In this document: positions 53,366 through 63,436 of the stretch, one piece after another
Layout of the letters: every line of letters starts with the position of its first letter
How positions within the stretch are numbered: the stretch's first letter is position 1
NCBI GenBank assembly: GCA_963771175.1
Contig: CAVYSY010000036.1
Location: 32,001 to 96,000, forward strand
Reading direction: 5' to 3'
Origin: an uncultured delta proteobacterium
Lineage (GTDB): Bacteria > Myxococcota > Myxococcia > Myxococcales > Myxococcaceae
Length of the DNA: 64,000 nucleotides
Made by a program: the position numbers and the translations under genes
The notes under the pieces: generated by a model
Database searches by the model: none
Told to the model about the DNA's origin: nothing
The model's input: the letters and a program-made list of their open reading frames with translations, nothing else

Positions 53366-54868
53366 CTACCCGGCGGCGGCGGGAGAGACAGGGCGCTGCA
53401 CCTGTACGCCGGGCAGCATGGGCGCCGGGTTGAGCGACAGGATGAGCAGGCTGCGCAGGGCCTCCTTGAGGTCCTCTCCCACGCTGGCCGCCCCCGCCGG
53501 TGCGCCCTGCAGCTCCGCCGGCACCGGGTGGCCCACCACCACCACCGGAATGCGGACGTCCCACGCCAGGAAGTACGCCAGCTTCACCGCCGCCTCCGAC
53601 GTGTCGAACAGCAGCGCCCCCGCGGCTCCCGAGCTGAACGGCCGCCACAGCGGCCTCGCCGCCTCCGCCGGAGGCAGCACGCAGAAGTCCAGGTGCAGCA
53701 GCTCGTGCAGAGCCATCCGCCCCAGCGTCCCGAAGCCGCTCTTCACCGCGGGGGGCTCGGCCGCCACGGCCGCGATGTCCGGCATCTGCGACAGCAGCCG
53801 GCGCGCCACCGCCGGACCACTGCCGCACACGAAGATCTTCGCGGTGGCCTCGCGCGAGGCGCCCTTGCCCCGCAGGATGCGTCCGCGCAGCGCGTGCAGC
53901 TCGGCGGGCCCCATCAGCGGGCCGCTGTGCCCCTCCTCCGTCTCCCCCTCGGCTACGCGGGCCACGCCCTTCTGGAGGAGCGTGTGCAGCACGCCCACCA
54001 CCTCCAGGTCCGTGGCCGGCGCCAGGTCCAACACCTCGCCCACCGCCCGGGGCTGGCGCAACAGCTCCACCACCTGCGCCGTCACCGGGTGCTGGTCCTG
54101 CGTCAGGTCCGCGTCCGGCGCGAGCACCAGCCGGGCGTTGCGCGGCGGCAGCCCCGGCAGCAGCCGGTTCACCTCGTCCGCCTGGCGCATCGCCTCCAGC
54201 AGCGAGTCGTCCATCCCGCGCTGGATGCGCGGCTTTCCCCCGCTGCCTCCCGGCGCGAAGGTGAACGAGCCCTCGGCCCACACCAGCAGCCGGAAGAGGG
54301 CCTTCTCTCCCTCGGCCCGGCCCACGCGCGCGTTCGCCGGGCGGCCCTCCACCACCGATATCTCTCCGCGCTCGTTGCCCCGCTCCAGCGTCAGCTTCCC
54401 GCTGCGCTTGTTCATCCCCAGAATCTGCATCAGGTCCGGGATGCTGAGCTGGCTGAGCGAGCCTTCGATCTCCTGCACATCGCTCTTGAGGTCCTTCGCC
54501 GCCTCGTTGCGGCGGAAGACGTGCTCGATGCGGGAGAGCACCTCGTCGATGTTGAAGGGCTTGCGCAGGTAGCCCTCACGCAGGCCACGGGCCTTGTCCG
54601 CCTCGAACCTGCCGGTGGAGACCAGCACCGGGATGTCATCCGTGCGCGGGTTGGTGCGCAGGATGTTGATGAAGGTGCGCGCGTCCAGCAGATGGCACGC
54701 CTCATCGAAGAGGATGAGCTCCGGGTGGCGCAGCACGGCCACCTCCAGGGCCCGCGAGCCATCCGGCGCGTAGTGCACCTGGTAGCCCTTGGTGCGCAAC
54801 GCACGGGAGAGCGGGCGGACCGACTCGAGATCGGGGTCGGCGATGAGGATCTTTCGAACCTGGGCCAC
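53366..54868 (-). CDS. REC + DUF4388 + degenerate small-GTPase-like domain protein
   Basis: KILIADPD...LILFDE...RKPF receiver; GSLSQLSIPDLMQILGMNKRSG (DUF4388). Confidence 0.85.
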   Translation of the reverse strand: MAQVRKILIADPDLESVRPLSRALRTKGYQVHYAPDGSRALEVAVLRHPELILFDEACHLLDARTFINILRTNPRTDDIPVLVSTGRFEADKARGLREGYLRKPFNIDEVLSRIEHVFRRNEAAKDLKSDVQEIEGSLSQLSIPDLMQILGMNKRSGKLTLERGNERGEISVVEGRPANARVGRAEGEKALFRLLVWAEGSFTFAPGGSGGKPRIQRGMDDSLLEAMRQADEVNRLLPGLPPRNARLVLAPDADLTQDQHPVTAQVVELLRQPRAVGEVLDLAPATDLEVVGVLHTLLQKGVARVAEGETEEGHSGPLMGPAELHALRGRILRGKGASREATAKIFVCGSGPAVARRLLSQMPDIAAVAAEPPAVKSGFGTLGRMALHELLHLDFCVLPPAEAARPLWRPFSSGAAGALLFDTSEAAVKLAYFLAWDVRIPVVVVGHPVPAELQGAPAGAASVGEDLKEALRSLLILSLNPAPMLPGVQVQRPVSPAAAG

Positions 54869-54880
54869 GGGCGCTCCCTG

Positions 54881-56731
54881 CTAGTACGGCTGGAGATCGT
54901 ATTCCGACTGCAGGCGGGTGATGAGCCCGTCCACCACGGCGGTGTCCGACGAGTGGAAGCCCCAGGTGGTGCCCAGCCCGCGGCGCTGGATGAGCGCGTA
55001 GGCGGCGTTCTCCGAGAGCCAGAGGAGGAACTCGTGCCGGCCCATCCGCTCGTCCCCCTCCAGGAAGACAGGCGTGAGTCCCGGGTGCGACTCCAGATCC
55101 GACCGTCGCCCCAGCAGGTAGATGCGCGAGGCCATGTCGGGCGGGGCCGACTCCAACCCCAGCGCGATGGGCAGGTCCGCTCGGATTTCGGGGCTGCCCA
55201 CGTACAGCAGCCCGCGCGAGGTCGGATCCCTCAGCAGCTCGCGGGCGATCTCCGCCTGCAGCTCGTCGAAGAGGACGTCGGACACCTTGCCCCGACGAGA
55301 GGGCTCGGCGTTGTCCTCCACCGGCAGCCTGGGGCTGGAGGCGTTGCCGAGCAGCAGGTCCACCTCGTCCCAGAAGGGCAGCGTGTCCAGCATCAGCTTG
55401 CGCTGCAGTGACGAGCGCCGCTCGTCCATGCGCCGACGGCAGCGGTGGACCAGCTCGTCGAAGTCCTCGCCGTCCTTGGGAAAGGTGCTCGCCCCGCCCA
55501 CCAGCGCGAGCGGCAGGCGCGACTCCACCTCCTGCGCATCCGGCTCCTCGCGCACCGCGGCCAGCGCGCGGCGCACGAACATGATCGCGCCGAAGAAGTC
55601 CGTCTCCGGCAGCAGCAGGTAGAACTCCTGGTCGCTCGCCTTGGCGATGACGTCCGAGTCGCGGACGATCTTCGAGAGCGCCTTGATGATGCCGCGCACG
55701 GCGCGCTTGGCGTCCTGCGTCCCCAGCCGCATCTTCACCAGGGGCAGGTTGTCCACGGAGAACGTCAGCAGCGAGAACATCCGCCCGTAGCGCCGCGCCT
55801 TGTAGATTTCCTTGGAGGCGTAGTCGGTGAAGTAGCTGAGGTTGTAGGCGGCGGTGTCCCGGTCCCGCAGGCCGAGCCGCTGCAGCGACTGCACCCGGCG
55901 GCCGTTCTTGATGCCCACCGCGGCCGAGTCCCCGAGAATCTTCGCGTAGCGCACGTGCTCGGAGCGGAAGTCCCCGGCGAGCGGGTCCGAGAGCTGCGCC
56001 AGGCCCATGATCTCCCCGCTGAGGACGAAGGGGACGTAGAGCACGGGAGAGCGCTCGTCGCGGGCGATCCACGGCATGGCCTCGCGCAGGCGGTTGCCGA
56101 GCGGCCCCTCGGGGCTCATGCGCTCGGCGAGGAACTGCCTGTCCAGCAGGCCCCGGTAGGCGCGCAGGACGAGGTGTCCCCGGTCGTCGGCGATCCACAG
56201 CGCGGCGCTCTGGGCGTCGCACACGGAGGCGAGCTCGGCGGCCACGCGCTCCTGGAGCCACTCGAGGTCCGGCTGGGAGAGGAGCTCCAGACAGCGCTGG
56301 TGGAGGTTCTGGTAGCGGGCGAACTCGAGGTTCTCGCTCTGGAGCTGGGCGCGCTCGTGGCGGAGCTGGGCGCGCTCCGTGGCCCGCTCCGTGGCGAGCA
56401 GCAGGTCCGTCTCGTCCACGGGCTTGGAGAGGACGACGGCCACCCCGGCGCTCAGGGCCATGGCCGAGCCCTTCACGTCCGTGCGCTGGGTAATGAGGAT
56501 GACCTCCTGGTCGGGGTCGCGCTCGCGCAGCTTCGCGGTGAGGGCAAAGCCATCCAGCTCGGGCATCACCACATCGGTGATGACCAGGTCGAAGGAGGTG
56601 CGAGCCACCTCTTCCAGCGCCCGGGCGGCGCTCTCCACCGTGACGACGCGGTAGCCCCTCCGGGTGAGCATGTCGGAGGCGAGCTGCCGGAAGAAGTTGT
56701 CGTCATCGACGACGAGGATCGGACCAGCCAC
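54881..56731 (-). CDS. REC-GAF-degenerate GGDEF response regulator
   Basis: ILVVDDD...ITDVVMP receiver; GAF; RDSDVIAKASDQEF in place of R.GGDEF. Confidence 0.88.
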   Translation of the reverse strand: MAGPILVVDDDNFFRQLASDMLTRRGYRVVTVESAARALEEVARTSFDLVITDVVMPELDGFALTAKLRERDPDQEVILITQRTDVKGSAMALSAGVAVVLSKPVDETDLLLATERATERAQLRHERAQLQSENLEFARYQNLHQRCLELLSQPDLEWLQERVAAELASVCDAQSAALWIADDRGHLVLRAYRGLLDRQFLAERMSPEGPLGNRLREAMPWIARDERSPVLYVPFVLSGEIMGLAQLSDPLAGDFRSEHVRYAKILGDSAAVGIKNGRRVQSLQRLGLRDRDTAAYNLSYFTDYASKEIYKARRYGRMFSLLTFSVDNLPLVKMRLGTQDAKRAVRGIIKALSKIVRDSDVIAKASDQEFYLLLPETDFFGAIMFVRRALAAVREEPDAQEVESRLPLALVGGASTFPKDGEDFDELVHRCRRRMDERRSSLQRKLMLDTLPFWDEVDLLLGNASSPRLPVEDNAEPSRRGKVSDVLFDELQAEIARELLRDPTSRGLLYVGSPEIRADLPIALGLESAPPDMASRIYLLGRRSDLESHPGLTPVFLEGDERMGRHEFLLWLSENAAYALIQRRGLGTTWGFHSSDTAVVDGLITRLQSEYDLQPY

Positions 56732-56768
56732 GGCGTGAGGGACTCGAGGGGGAAGTGGACAGCGGAGG

Positions 56769-57626
56769 TTACCGGCCCTCGAGATCCGGGACAACGCCCG
56801 TGAAGACGAAGGCCGCGGGCCCGCGGAGGCGGATGTCCGACAGGTCCGCCAGCACCCGGATGTGCAGGTCACCGCCCGGCAGGTTGACACGCAGCCAGGC
56901 ATCCGCCTGGACGCGCTTGGCGAGCACCGCCGCCACGGCCGCCGCGCCAGCCCCGGTGCCACAGGCCTGGGTGAGGCCACAGCCGCGCTCCCACACCACC
57001 ACGGTCAGGCCGCCGTCCGCGTCCACCCGGGTGAACTCGACGTTGGTGCGGTCCGGGAAGCCGGGGTGCCGTTCGAGCTGGGGGCCCAGGCGGCCCGCGT
57101 CCTCGAGGGGCTGGTCGAGCAGGACGAGGTGCGGGTTGCCCATGCTGATGGCATGGCCGCGCAGCCCGGAGTGGCCGGGCACGGGCTCATCGAGGAACGG
57201 CTGGCCGGTGGCACCCGAGGGCAGGTTGGAGGCGACGAGCCGCGCCGGCCCCAGGGAGAGCTCCACCTCCGCCACGCCGTCCGCGCCGTACCTGGGCATG
57301 CACGTGAGGATTCCGGCGCCCGTCTCCACTTCGATGGACTCGGGCCGCTCGCCGGAGTTGTCCACGAGGTACTTCACCGCGCACCGCAGGCCGTTGCCGC
57401 ACATCTCCGCGACGCTGCCATCGGCGTTGTGGACCACCATCCGCGCCACCGCCGACTCCGAGGGCAGCAGGGAGAGGATGCCATCCGCGCCGATGCCCAG
57501 GCGCCGATCGCACAGCAACCGCGACGTCTCCGCGTCGACGTCCATCCCGGTCTTGCGACGGTCCAGCACGATGAAGTCGTTGCCGATGCCGTGATACTTG
57601 AAGAAGAACTCTGCGCCGGCGCTCAT
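56769..57626 (-). CDS. dapF: Diaminopimelate epimerase
   Basis: KYHGIGNDF, EMCGNG, MGNPH, WERGCGLTQACGTG. Confidence 0.96.
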   Translation of the reverse strand: MSAGAEFFFKYHGIGNDFIVLDRRKTGMDVDAETSRLLCDRRLGIGADGILSLLPSESAVARMVVHNADGSVAEMCGNGLRCAVKYLVDNSGERPESIEVETGAGILTCMPRYGADGVAEVELSLGPARLVASNLPSGATGQPFLDEPVPGHSGLRGHAISMGNPHLVLLDQPLEDAGRLGPQLERHPGFPDRTNVEFTRVDADGGLTVVVWERGCGLTQACGTGAGAAAVAAVLAKRVQADAWLRVNLPGGDLHIRVLADLSDIRLRGPAAFVFTGVVPDLEGR

Positions 57627-57650
57627 GCTTGGAATCCTAGTCGGGCCGTG

Positions 57651-60600
57651 TCAGCCCTGCTCGTCGGTTTTCGGGTCGGAGGGAGCTGCCTCGGATGCCG
57701 GCGAACCGGCGGGCGAGGCGGGTGTGCTCCCCTTTGGGCGGCGAAGTAAATCATTCTTCACCGCGTTGATCTCGGCGTTGGCCCGCGCGTAGATGTCCTG
57801 AACGGTGTTCGACCCCGCCCGGGCCGAGCTGCGCTTGAGCGTGGCCAGTTCGGACGCCTGTCCCTCCAGGCGCTGCTGCTGCTCCGCGATTGCCGCATCG
57901 CGCTCGGCCAGGGTGGCCTGGAGGGTCTCGAGCTCGCTCTGCAGGCGCTCCACTTCCTCGGACAGCTCCAGCACGGCCTCGGAGTCCGATACCGGCTTGC
58001 GCGTTTCGAGCTGCTTGATCTTCTCCCGCAACCCGGCCCGCTCGCTCTCGAGGGCCTGGAGCCGAGCCCCCAGCGCCTCGGCGGCCTGGGCCTGCTTCGC
58101 CTTCTCCGTACGCTCGGCGTCGAGGAACTTCACCGCCTCCGCGGAGGCCGCCTCCAGCGCGGTCACCCGGCCCTCCAGACGGATACGGGCCGCGCGGGCC
58201 ACCGTGAGATCCGAGCTGAGCCGCTCACGCTCGGACACGAGCCCGGCCTTCTCCGATTCCAGCTTCGCGAACTGCTCCTGCACGGCCTGCGCGGAAGCCT
58301 CCCGCTCCCGGGCCTGCCGCTCGACCTCGTTCGCCTTGGACTCCAGCTCGGCCAGCTTCTCCTTCGCGGAGGCCTCCTGCTCCCGGGCCTGCTGTCTGGC
58401 TTCATCCGCCAAGGCCTCCAGCTCGGCCAGCTTCTCCTTCGCGGCCTCCAGACTGGCGGTGGTCTCCGAGAGACGGACCTCGAGCTGGCTCGCCGACTGC
58501 TCCGCCTCCGAGACCCGCTCCCGCTCCGCCTCGGTGGCCGAGTGGGCCCGGACCAGCTCCGCGCGTACGTCCTCGAGCTGGGCGCGGGTGGCCTCGACAG
58601 CCGCGCGCTCCTTCTCCAGCTCGGCCCGGGCGGCCTCGACCGCCGCGCGCTCCTCCTGGAGGGCGGATTCGAGAGAGGGCGCCTTGCCCGCGATACGCCG
58701 CGCCGATTCGAGCTGCACGGTGAGCAGCTCCGCCTGCTCGTGCTCCGCGGTGAGCCGGGCCTGGGCCTCGGTCAGCTCCGTCTGGAGGTGCGCGATGTGG
58801 GCATCGCGATCGCGCAGGCCCATGTGGGCTTGCTGGAGGGCCATCGAGGCCTGCTGTGCCTGGAACCGGGCGGCCTCGAGCTGTCCCACCTGGGCCCGCA
58901 GCACCGCCAGCTCCTCGTCCTTCCTCGCGAGGTCGTCCCGGAGCCCCTCCAGCTCCACCCGGGACTCCACCGCGTCGCGCTTCCGGGCCTCGCGCTCCGT
59001 GGAGATGGCCTCCTCGCGCGCACGGGCCTCCGCGAGCCGCGCCTCGGCCTCGCGCAGCTTCTCCTCGAGCTCGCGGGCGCGCGAGTCCAGGCCAGAGGCC
59101 CGGGTGGTCTCGGCCTCGTGCTCGGAGCGCAGGCGCGTGAGGGCCTCCTGCTGCTCCTTGGACGTGCCGCGCTCCCACTCCAGGCTCGACCGGAGCTCCT
59201 CGACGAGCTGCTTCTGCTCGACCAGGGCGACGCCGAGGTCCTTCCCCTCGCGCAGGGCCGTCTCCAGCTCCTCGCGCAGGGCCGCGGCCTCCTGCCGGGC
59301 CACCTCCAGGGCCTCGAGCCGCGCCCGCTCGCGTTCGTCCGCGCCCGCCCGGGCGGACTCCAGGTCCGCGCGCGCCTCGGCCAGCGACTGCTCCACGGCC
59401 TCGCGCCCGGTGCGCTCCGAGTCCAGCTCGCGCCGGGTCTCCGCGAGGGTGGCCTCCACCTGCTCGCGTCCCTGCTGCTGGGACTCCGCCTCGGTACGGG
59501 CCTGGGCCAGCGAGGCCTCCAGTGCTTCCCGCTCCCGCCGTGCCTCTTCGAGCTCCGCCTCGGTCCGGGCGCGCTGCCGCCGCTCGGTATCGAGGTCCGT
59601 CCGGGCGGTACCGAGCGAAGCCTCGGTCTGCGCCTTGCTCTCGCGCTCCCACTCCAGCTCGGCGCGGGCCGATGCGAACGACTCCTCGGCCTGGGTGCGC
59701 TGCTTCCGCTCGGCGTCGAACTCCGCGCGAACCGACGCGAGCGACTCCTCGGCCTGGGTGCGCTGCCGCCGCTCGGTGTCGAGCTCCGCGCGGACCTGCG
59801 TGAAGGCCTCCTCCGACTGCCCATGCACCTGCTGCGCGGAGTCGAGCTCGGCACGGGCGGAGGCCAGCGCGGCCTCGAGCCCGGTGCGCTGCCGACGCTC
59901 CGATTCGAGCGCGGACCGCTCCTGCGCCAGGGTCTCCTCCACCTCGGCCCACTGCCGCCGCTCCGATTCGAGCTCGGCCCGCTCCTGCGTCAGAGCCGCT
60001 TCCACCCCGGCCCGCTGCTGCCGCTCCCCTTCGAGCTCGGTCCGGGTCCTCGCGTTCTCCTCATCCACCAGGAGACGCTGCTGCCGCTCCGCCTTCAGCT
60101 CCGCCCGGGCCCTCGCGAGCGACTCCCGCGCCTCCGCGAGCTGCTGCCGCTCCCCCTCGAGGTCCGCCTGCGTCGACGTCCCCGCCTCCTCCAGCAGGGT
60201 GCGCTGATTCCGCTCGACCTCGAGCTCGGCCTGGACTCGCGCCAGGGCCTCTTCCAGCCGCGCCCTTCCCTGCTGTTCGAGCGCGAGCCCGGCCAGGGCC
60301 TGCTCTCGGGCCTCGTCCGCCTTCGCCCGCTCCTGCTGCTCGGCCGCGATGGTGCCCTGCGTCGCCTTCAGCGCCGCGTCGAGCCGGGCGATCGACTCCA
60401 CGTCCGAGGCCCGCGCCCGCTCCAGCTCGGTGAGCGTCGCCTCGGCCTCCACCACGCGCCGCCGTAGGGCACCACGCTCATCGGCCCACTCCTGCCGTTG
60501 GGCCTCCAGCTCGGCGAGGACGCGCGCCGCCTCCTCGCGCGCGGCCACCTCCACCGCCATCTGGTTCTCGAGCCCCTCGGCCCGATGCTGCTGGGCCTCG

Positions 60601-62411
60601 CGCGCGGCCTTCTCCCGAGCGGCCTCGGCAACAGCCGCCTCCGCCCTCGCCAGCGCCTCCGCGACCGCCTGCTCCAGCCGCTCGTCCGCGAGCCGGCGCT
60701 CTTCCTCGATCGCCGCCTCCAGCTCCGCCGCGGCGTGGACCCGCTCCTGCTCGTGCGACTCCAGGCGAGCCTGGGCCTCGTGAAGGGCCTGCTCGAGCTT
60801 CGCGGCCGCCGCCCGGACGTGCTCCTCCGCGCGCGAGCGGGCCTCCACCTCGGCCTGGAGCTGCTCCACCCCGGCGCGAGCCGCCGTGAGCTCCGTCTCC
60901 AGCCCCCGCCACTCGGCCTCGCGCGCGGTCAGACGAACTTCCGCGTCCCGCCGGCCCGCCTCCGCGGACGACACGCGCCGGGCACCGTCCTCCACCTCGC
61001 GCGACATGCGCGCCAGGTCCGCGTCGCGCGAGCGCAGCAGCTCCTCGGCCGCCTTGCGCGACGCCTCGGCCCGGGTCACGTCCGTCTTGAGGTGCTCCAC
61101 CGCGGCGAGCGCCGTGGAGTACTGCTCGGCGATGCGCAGCTCGCGCTCGCGGGCCGCCTCCGCCTGCCGCCGCAGGTCCTCGAGCTGCTCCCGAGCGCGC
61201 TCGGTGACGAGCCGGTCCTTCTCGCGCTCGACGCGCAGGCCGGCCATCTCGTCCTGCAGCTCGCGCAGGTGGGTGTACGCCTGGGTGAGGCGCTCGCGCG
61301 ACTCCTCCAGGGAGGTGTTCAGCTCCTCGCGGCGCGCCCGCTCCAGCCGCAGCGCCTCCTGGGAGCCCAGGGTCTGGATGTCCGCGTCCTTCCGAGCGCG
61401 CTCGGCGGCCTCCAGCTCCAGTCGCTGCTGGGTGAGGCGCCGGTCCGCGTCGGACACGCGCTCCAGGGCCACCTGCAGCTCCAGCTCGGTGCGGCGCAGG
61501 CGGGAGGACAGCTCGTCGCGCTCGCGGGTGGACTCGGGGGTGCCGCGCGCCTGCTCCAACTGCGCGGTGAGCCGGGCCACGTCGTCGCGGGCGATCTCCA
61601 GGGCGGGCTTGAGCTGGGTCACCTCGGTCTCGCGGTCGGTCAGCTCCGCGCGCAGCCGGGTGAGGGACTCCTTGAGGCGACCGGTGCGCTCCTCCCAGCC
61701 CTTGGCGCGCTGGGCCACCTCGTCCAGCTTGCCGCGCGTGAAGGCGAGCGGCTCGGGCGGCAGCTGCACCCAGGTGGGGTCCACGATGCGCGCCGGCTCG
61801 TGGCCGGCCACCACGACGAAGTAGGCCGCCTCGCTGCCGCGGATGAGGGTGCCGTCCACCGGGAGGCCCTCGCCCTTCTCGAAGGCGAGCTGGTAGCCCA
61901 GCACCGGGGACTGGGTGGCCACCTCCACGTGGGGGAAGTGCGGCGAGAGCGCGTCGAGGAGCTGCCCGTACGTGGGCGGCACGCCCTCCTCGAGGTCCAT
62001 GAGCTGCCAGAGCGCCAGCCCCGCCGCGTTGCGCAGGCCGCCGAGGAGGTAGCCCTGCCGATTCACCAGCCGCGCCAGCTCGGCGAGCAGCGTGGGTGCG
62101 CGCACGTAGGGCGCGAGGTCCGCGACGAGCACCAGGTCGAAGCTGCCGGGCTCGAGGTCGTCGTAGACATTGGCGCGGTAGCGCAGCGTGGCGCTGCCAT
62201 GGGCCTTCTGCGCCGCCTCCACCGCCTTGAGGTCCGCGTCGCAGGCCACCACGGTGCGGGCCCCGCGCTCCAGGAGGAAGCGCGCGCTCTCGCCACCGGT
62301 GGTCGCGACCGCGTCCACTTCGAGCACGCGGCGGCGTGCGAAGAGGCTCTCCGCGAAGATGTACCGGGGCAACAGCTCGCTGGTCCCCAGGCGGCGGAAT
62401 GTGGGATGCAT
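57651..62411 (-). CDS. Class I SAM-methyltransferase-like head fused to about 1350-aa coiled coil
   Basis: RY.FA...RRVLEV...VVACD...SFDLV N-terminus; E/A/R heptad repeats with 21-aa periodicity in the centre. Confidence 0.85.
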   Translation of the reverse strand: MHPTFRRLGTSELLPRYIFAESLFARRRVLEVDAVATTGGESARFLLERGARTVVACDADLKAVEAAQKAHGSATLRYRANVYDDLEPGSFDLVLVADLAPYVRAPTLLAELARLVNRQGYLLGGLRNAAGLALWQLMDLEEGVPPTYGQLLDALSPHFPHVEVATQSPVLGYQLAFEKGEGLPVDGTLIRGSEAAYFVVVAGHEPARIVDPTWVQLPPEPLAFTRGKLDEVAQRAKGWEERTGRLKESLTRLRAELTDRETEVTQLKPALEIARDDVARLTAQLEQARGTPESTRERDELSSRLRRTELELQVALERVSDADRRLTQQRLELEAAERARKDADIQTLGSQEALRLERARREELNTSLEESRERLTQAYTHLRELQDEMAGLRVEREKDRLVTERAREQLEDLRRQAEAARERELRIAEQYSTALAAVEHLKTDVTRAEASRKAAEELLRSRDADLARMSREVEDGARRVSSAEAGRRDAEVRLTAREAEWRGLETELTAARAGVEQLQAEVEARSRAEEHVRAAAAKLEQALHEAQARLESHEQERVHAAAELEAAIEEERRLADERLEQAVAEALARAEAAVAEAAREKAAREAQQHRAEGLENQMAVEVAAREEAARVLAELEAQRQEWADERGALRRRVVEAEATLTELERARASDVESIARLDAALKATQGTIAAEQQERAKADEAREQALAGLALEQQGRARLEEALARVQAELEVERNQRTLLEEAGTSTQADLEGERQQLAEARESLARARAELKAERQQRLLVDEENARTRTELEGERQQRAGVEAALTQERAELESERRQWAEVEETLAQERSALESERRQRTGLEAALASARAELDSAQQVHGQSEEAFTQVRAELDTERRQRTQAEESLASVRAEFDAERKQRTQAEESFASARAELEWERESKAQTEASLGTARTDLDTERRQRARTEAELEEARREREALEASLAQARTEAESQQQGREQVEATLAETRRELDSERTGREAVEQSLAEARADLESARAGADERERARLEALEVARQEAAALREELETALREGKDLGVALVEQKQLVEELRSSLEWERGTSKEQQEALTRLRSEHEAETTRASGLDSRARELEEKLREAEARLAEARAREEAISTEREARKRDAVESRVELEGLRDDLARKDEELAVLRAQVGQLEAARFQAQQASMALQQAHMGLRDRDAHIAHLQTELTEAQARLTAEHEQAELLTVQLESARRIAGKAPSLESALQEERAAVEAARAELEKERAAVEATRAQLEDVRAELVRAHSATEAERERVSEAEQSASQLEVRLSETTASLEAAKEKLAELEALADEARQQAREQEASAKEKLAELESKANEVERQAREREASAQAVQEQFAKLESEKAGLVSERERLSSDLTVARAARIRLEGRVTALEAASAEAVKFLDAERTEKAKQAQAAEALGARLQALESERAGLREKIKQLETRKPVSDSEAVLELSEEVERLQSELETLQATLAERDAAIAEQQQRLEGQASELATLKRSSARAGSNTVQDIYARANAEINAVKNDLLRRPKGSTPASPAGSPASEAAPSDPKTDEQG

Positions 62412-62511
62412 GAGTTCGGTCGGCCGAGTATAGCCCTGGGAACGGTTGTCCCAAGGAAAGCATCGGGGAGGGAAATCGCCTCTCCGCTCGGACGTCTGGG
62501 GAGTGAGCGAT

Positions 62512-63384
62512 ATGAATCCGATGATGAACCCTCAGCGCCAGCAGAGCTTCGGCCGCCGGGCCACGAGCGCCTTCACCCGGCTGCTCGTCACCCTCCTCAT
62601 CCTCGGCCTGGGCGGGGCGGTGGTCTTCCTGCTCTCCCAGCTCAACGCCCGCACCTTCACCCTGGCCCAGGAGAACGGGCACCTGGTGGTGATGAAGGGC
62701 CGGATGCTGCCGACGGGGTCGGTGCCCTACCGCCCCGGGGATGCGCGGCAGGCGGACACCTACGCCCCCATTCCCCTCGAGGGCCGGGACGTCTCGAGCC
62801 TCCTGGAGCAGAAGTTCACCGAGCGGGACGAGCTGGACCGGGCCCTCTTCCCGGTGCTGGAGGGGCTCGCCCGACCGAGGGTGGACTCGGACGAGCCGGG
62901 CCGGCTGGAGAAGGGCCTCTACTACCTGCGGCGCGCGGAGCTTCTGTCCGGGCTGTCGGAGGAGCAGCGGCGCGCGCTGGAGACGATGAAGGCGGACGTG
63001 GCCTTCTTCCAGGCGAGGCAGAAGCTGGAGGAGGCGCGCCGGGACGTGACGGAGGCGCTGACGCAGCTCAAGCTGGCGGCGGAGAGCCGGAACCGGAACA
63101 CGCAGCGGGCCAACCAGATGCTCACCACGATAGGCCCGGCGGCACAGGCCCTGGAGAAGGCGCTGCGGGCCGTCGATGCCAGTCTGGCGGGGTCCGCCGG
63201 CATGCCGTCCGAGACGCACCTCCCCGCGCCGGCTCCCGAGGGACAGCAGGCGGCGCCCCAGCAGACTCCCGAGACCCCGACGCCCGCGGCGCCGCGGCAG
63301 GAGCCGGGAGTGCGGAGCACCGACAGCGAGACGCAGCAGCGCCCCACCGGGACGGGGCAGAGCAGCACGGGACCGGAGCACTGA
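62512..63384 (+). CDS. Membrane-anchored hypothetical protein with P/T/Q-rich tail
   Basis: [22 protein letters not shown]3-biased codons. Confidence 0.75.
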   Translation: MNPMMNPQRQQSFGRRATSAFTRLLVTLLILGLGGAVVFLLSQLNARTFTLAQENGHLVVMKGRMLPTGSVPYRPGDARQADTYAPIPLEGRDVSSLLEQKFTERDELDRALFPVLEGLARPRVDSDEPGRLEKGLYYLRRAELLSGLSEEQRRALETMKADVAFFQARQKLEEARRDVTEALTQLKLAAESRNRNTQRANQMLTTIGPAAQALEKALRAVDASLAGSAGMPSETHLPAPAPEGQQAAPQQTPETPTPAAPRQEPGVRSTDSETQQRPTGTGQSSTGPEH

Positions 63385-63436
63385 CTCCGCGCTCGCGTGC
63401 GGTATACCTGCGGGCCTCACGAGGAGAGGCACTCGC

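Noticed and set aside
59350..60300. 63-bp periodic DNA as a non-coding repeat element
   Set aside because: Explained by the 21-aa coiled-coil repeats of the 57651..62411 CDS.
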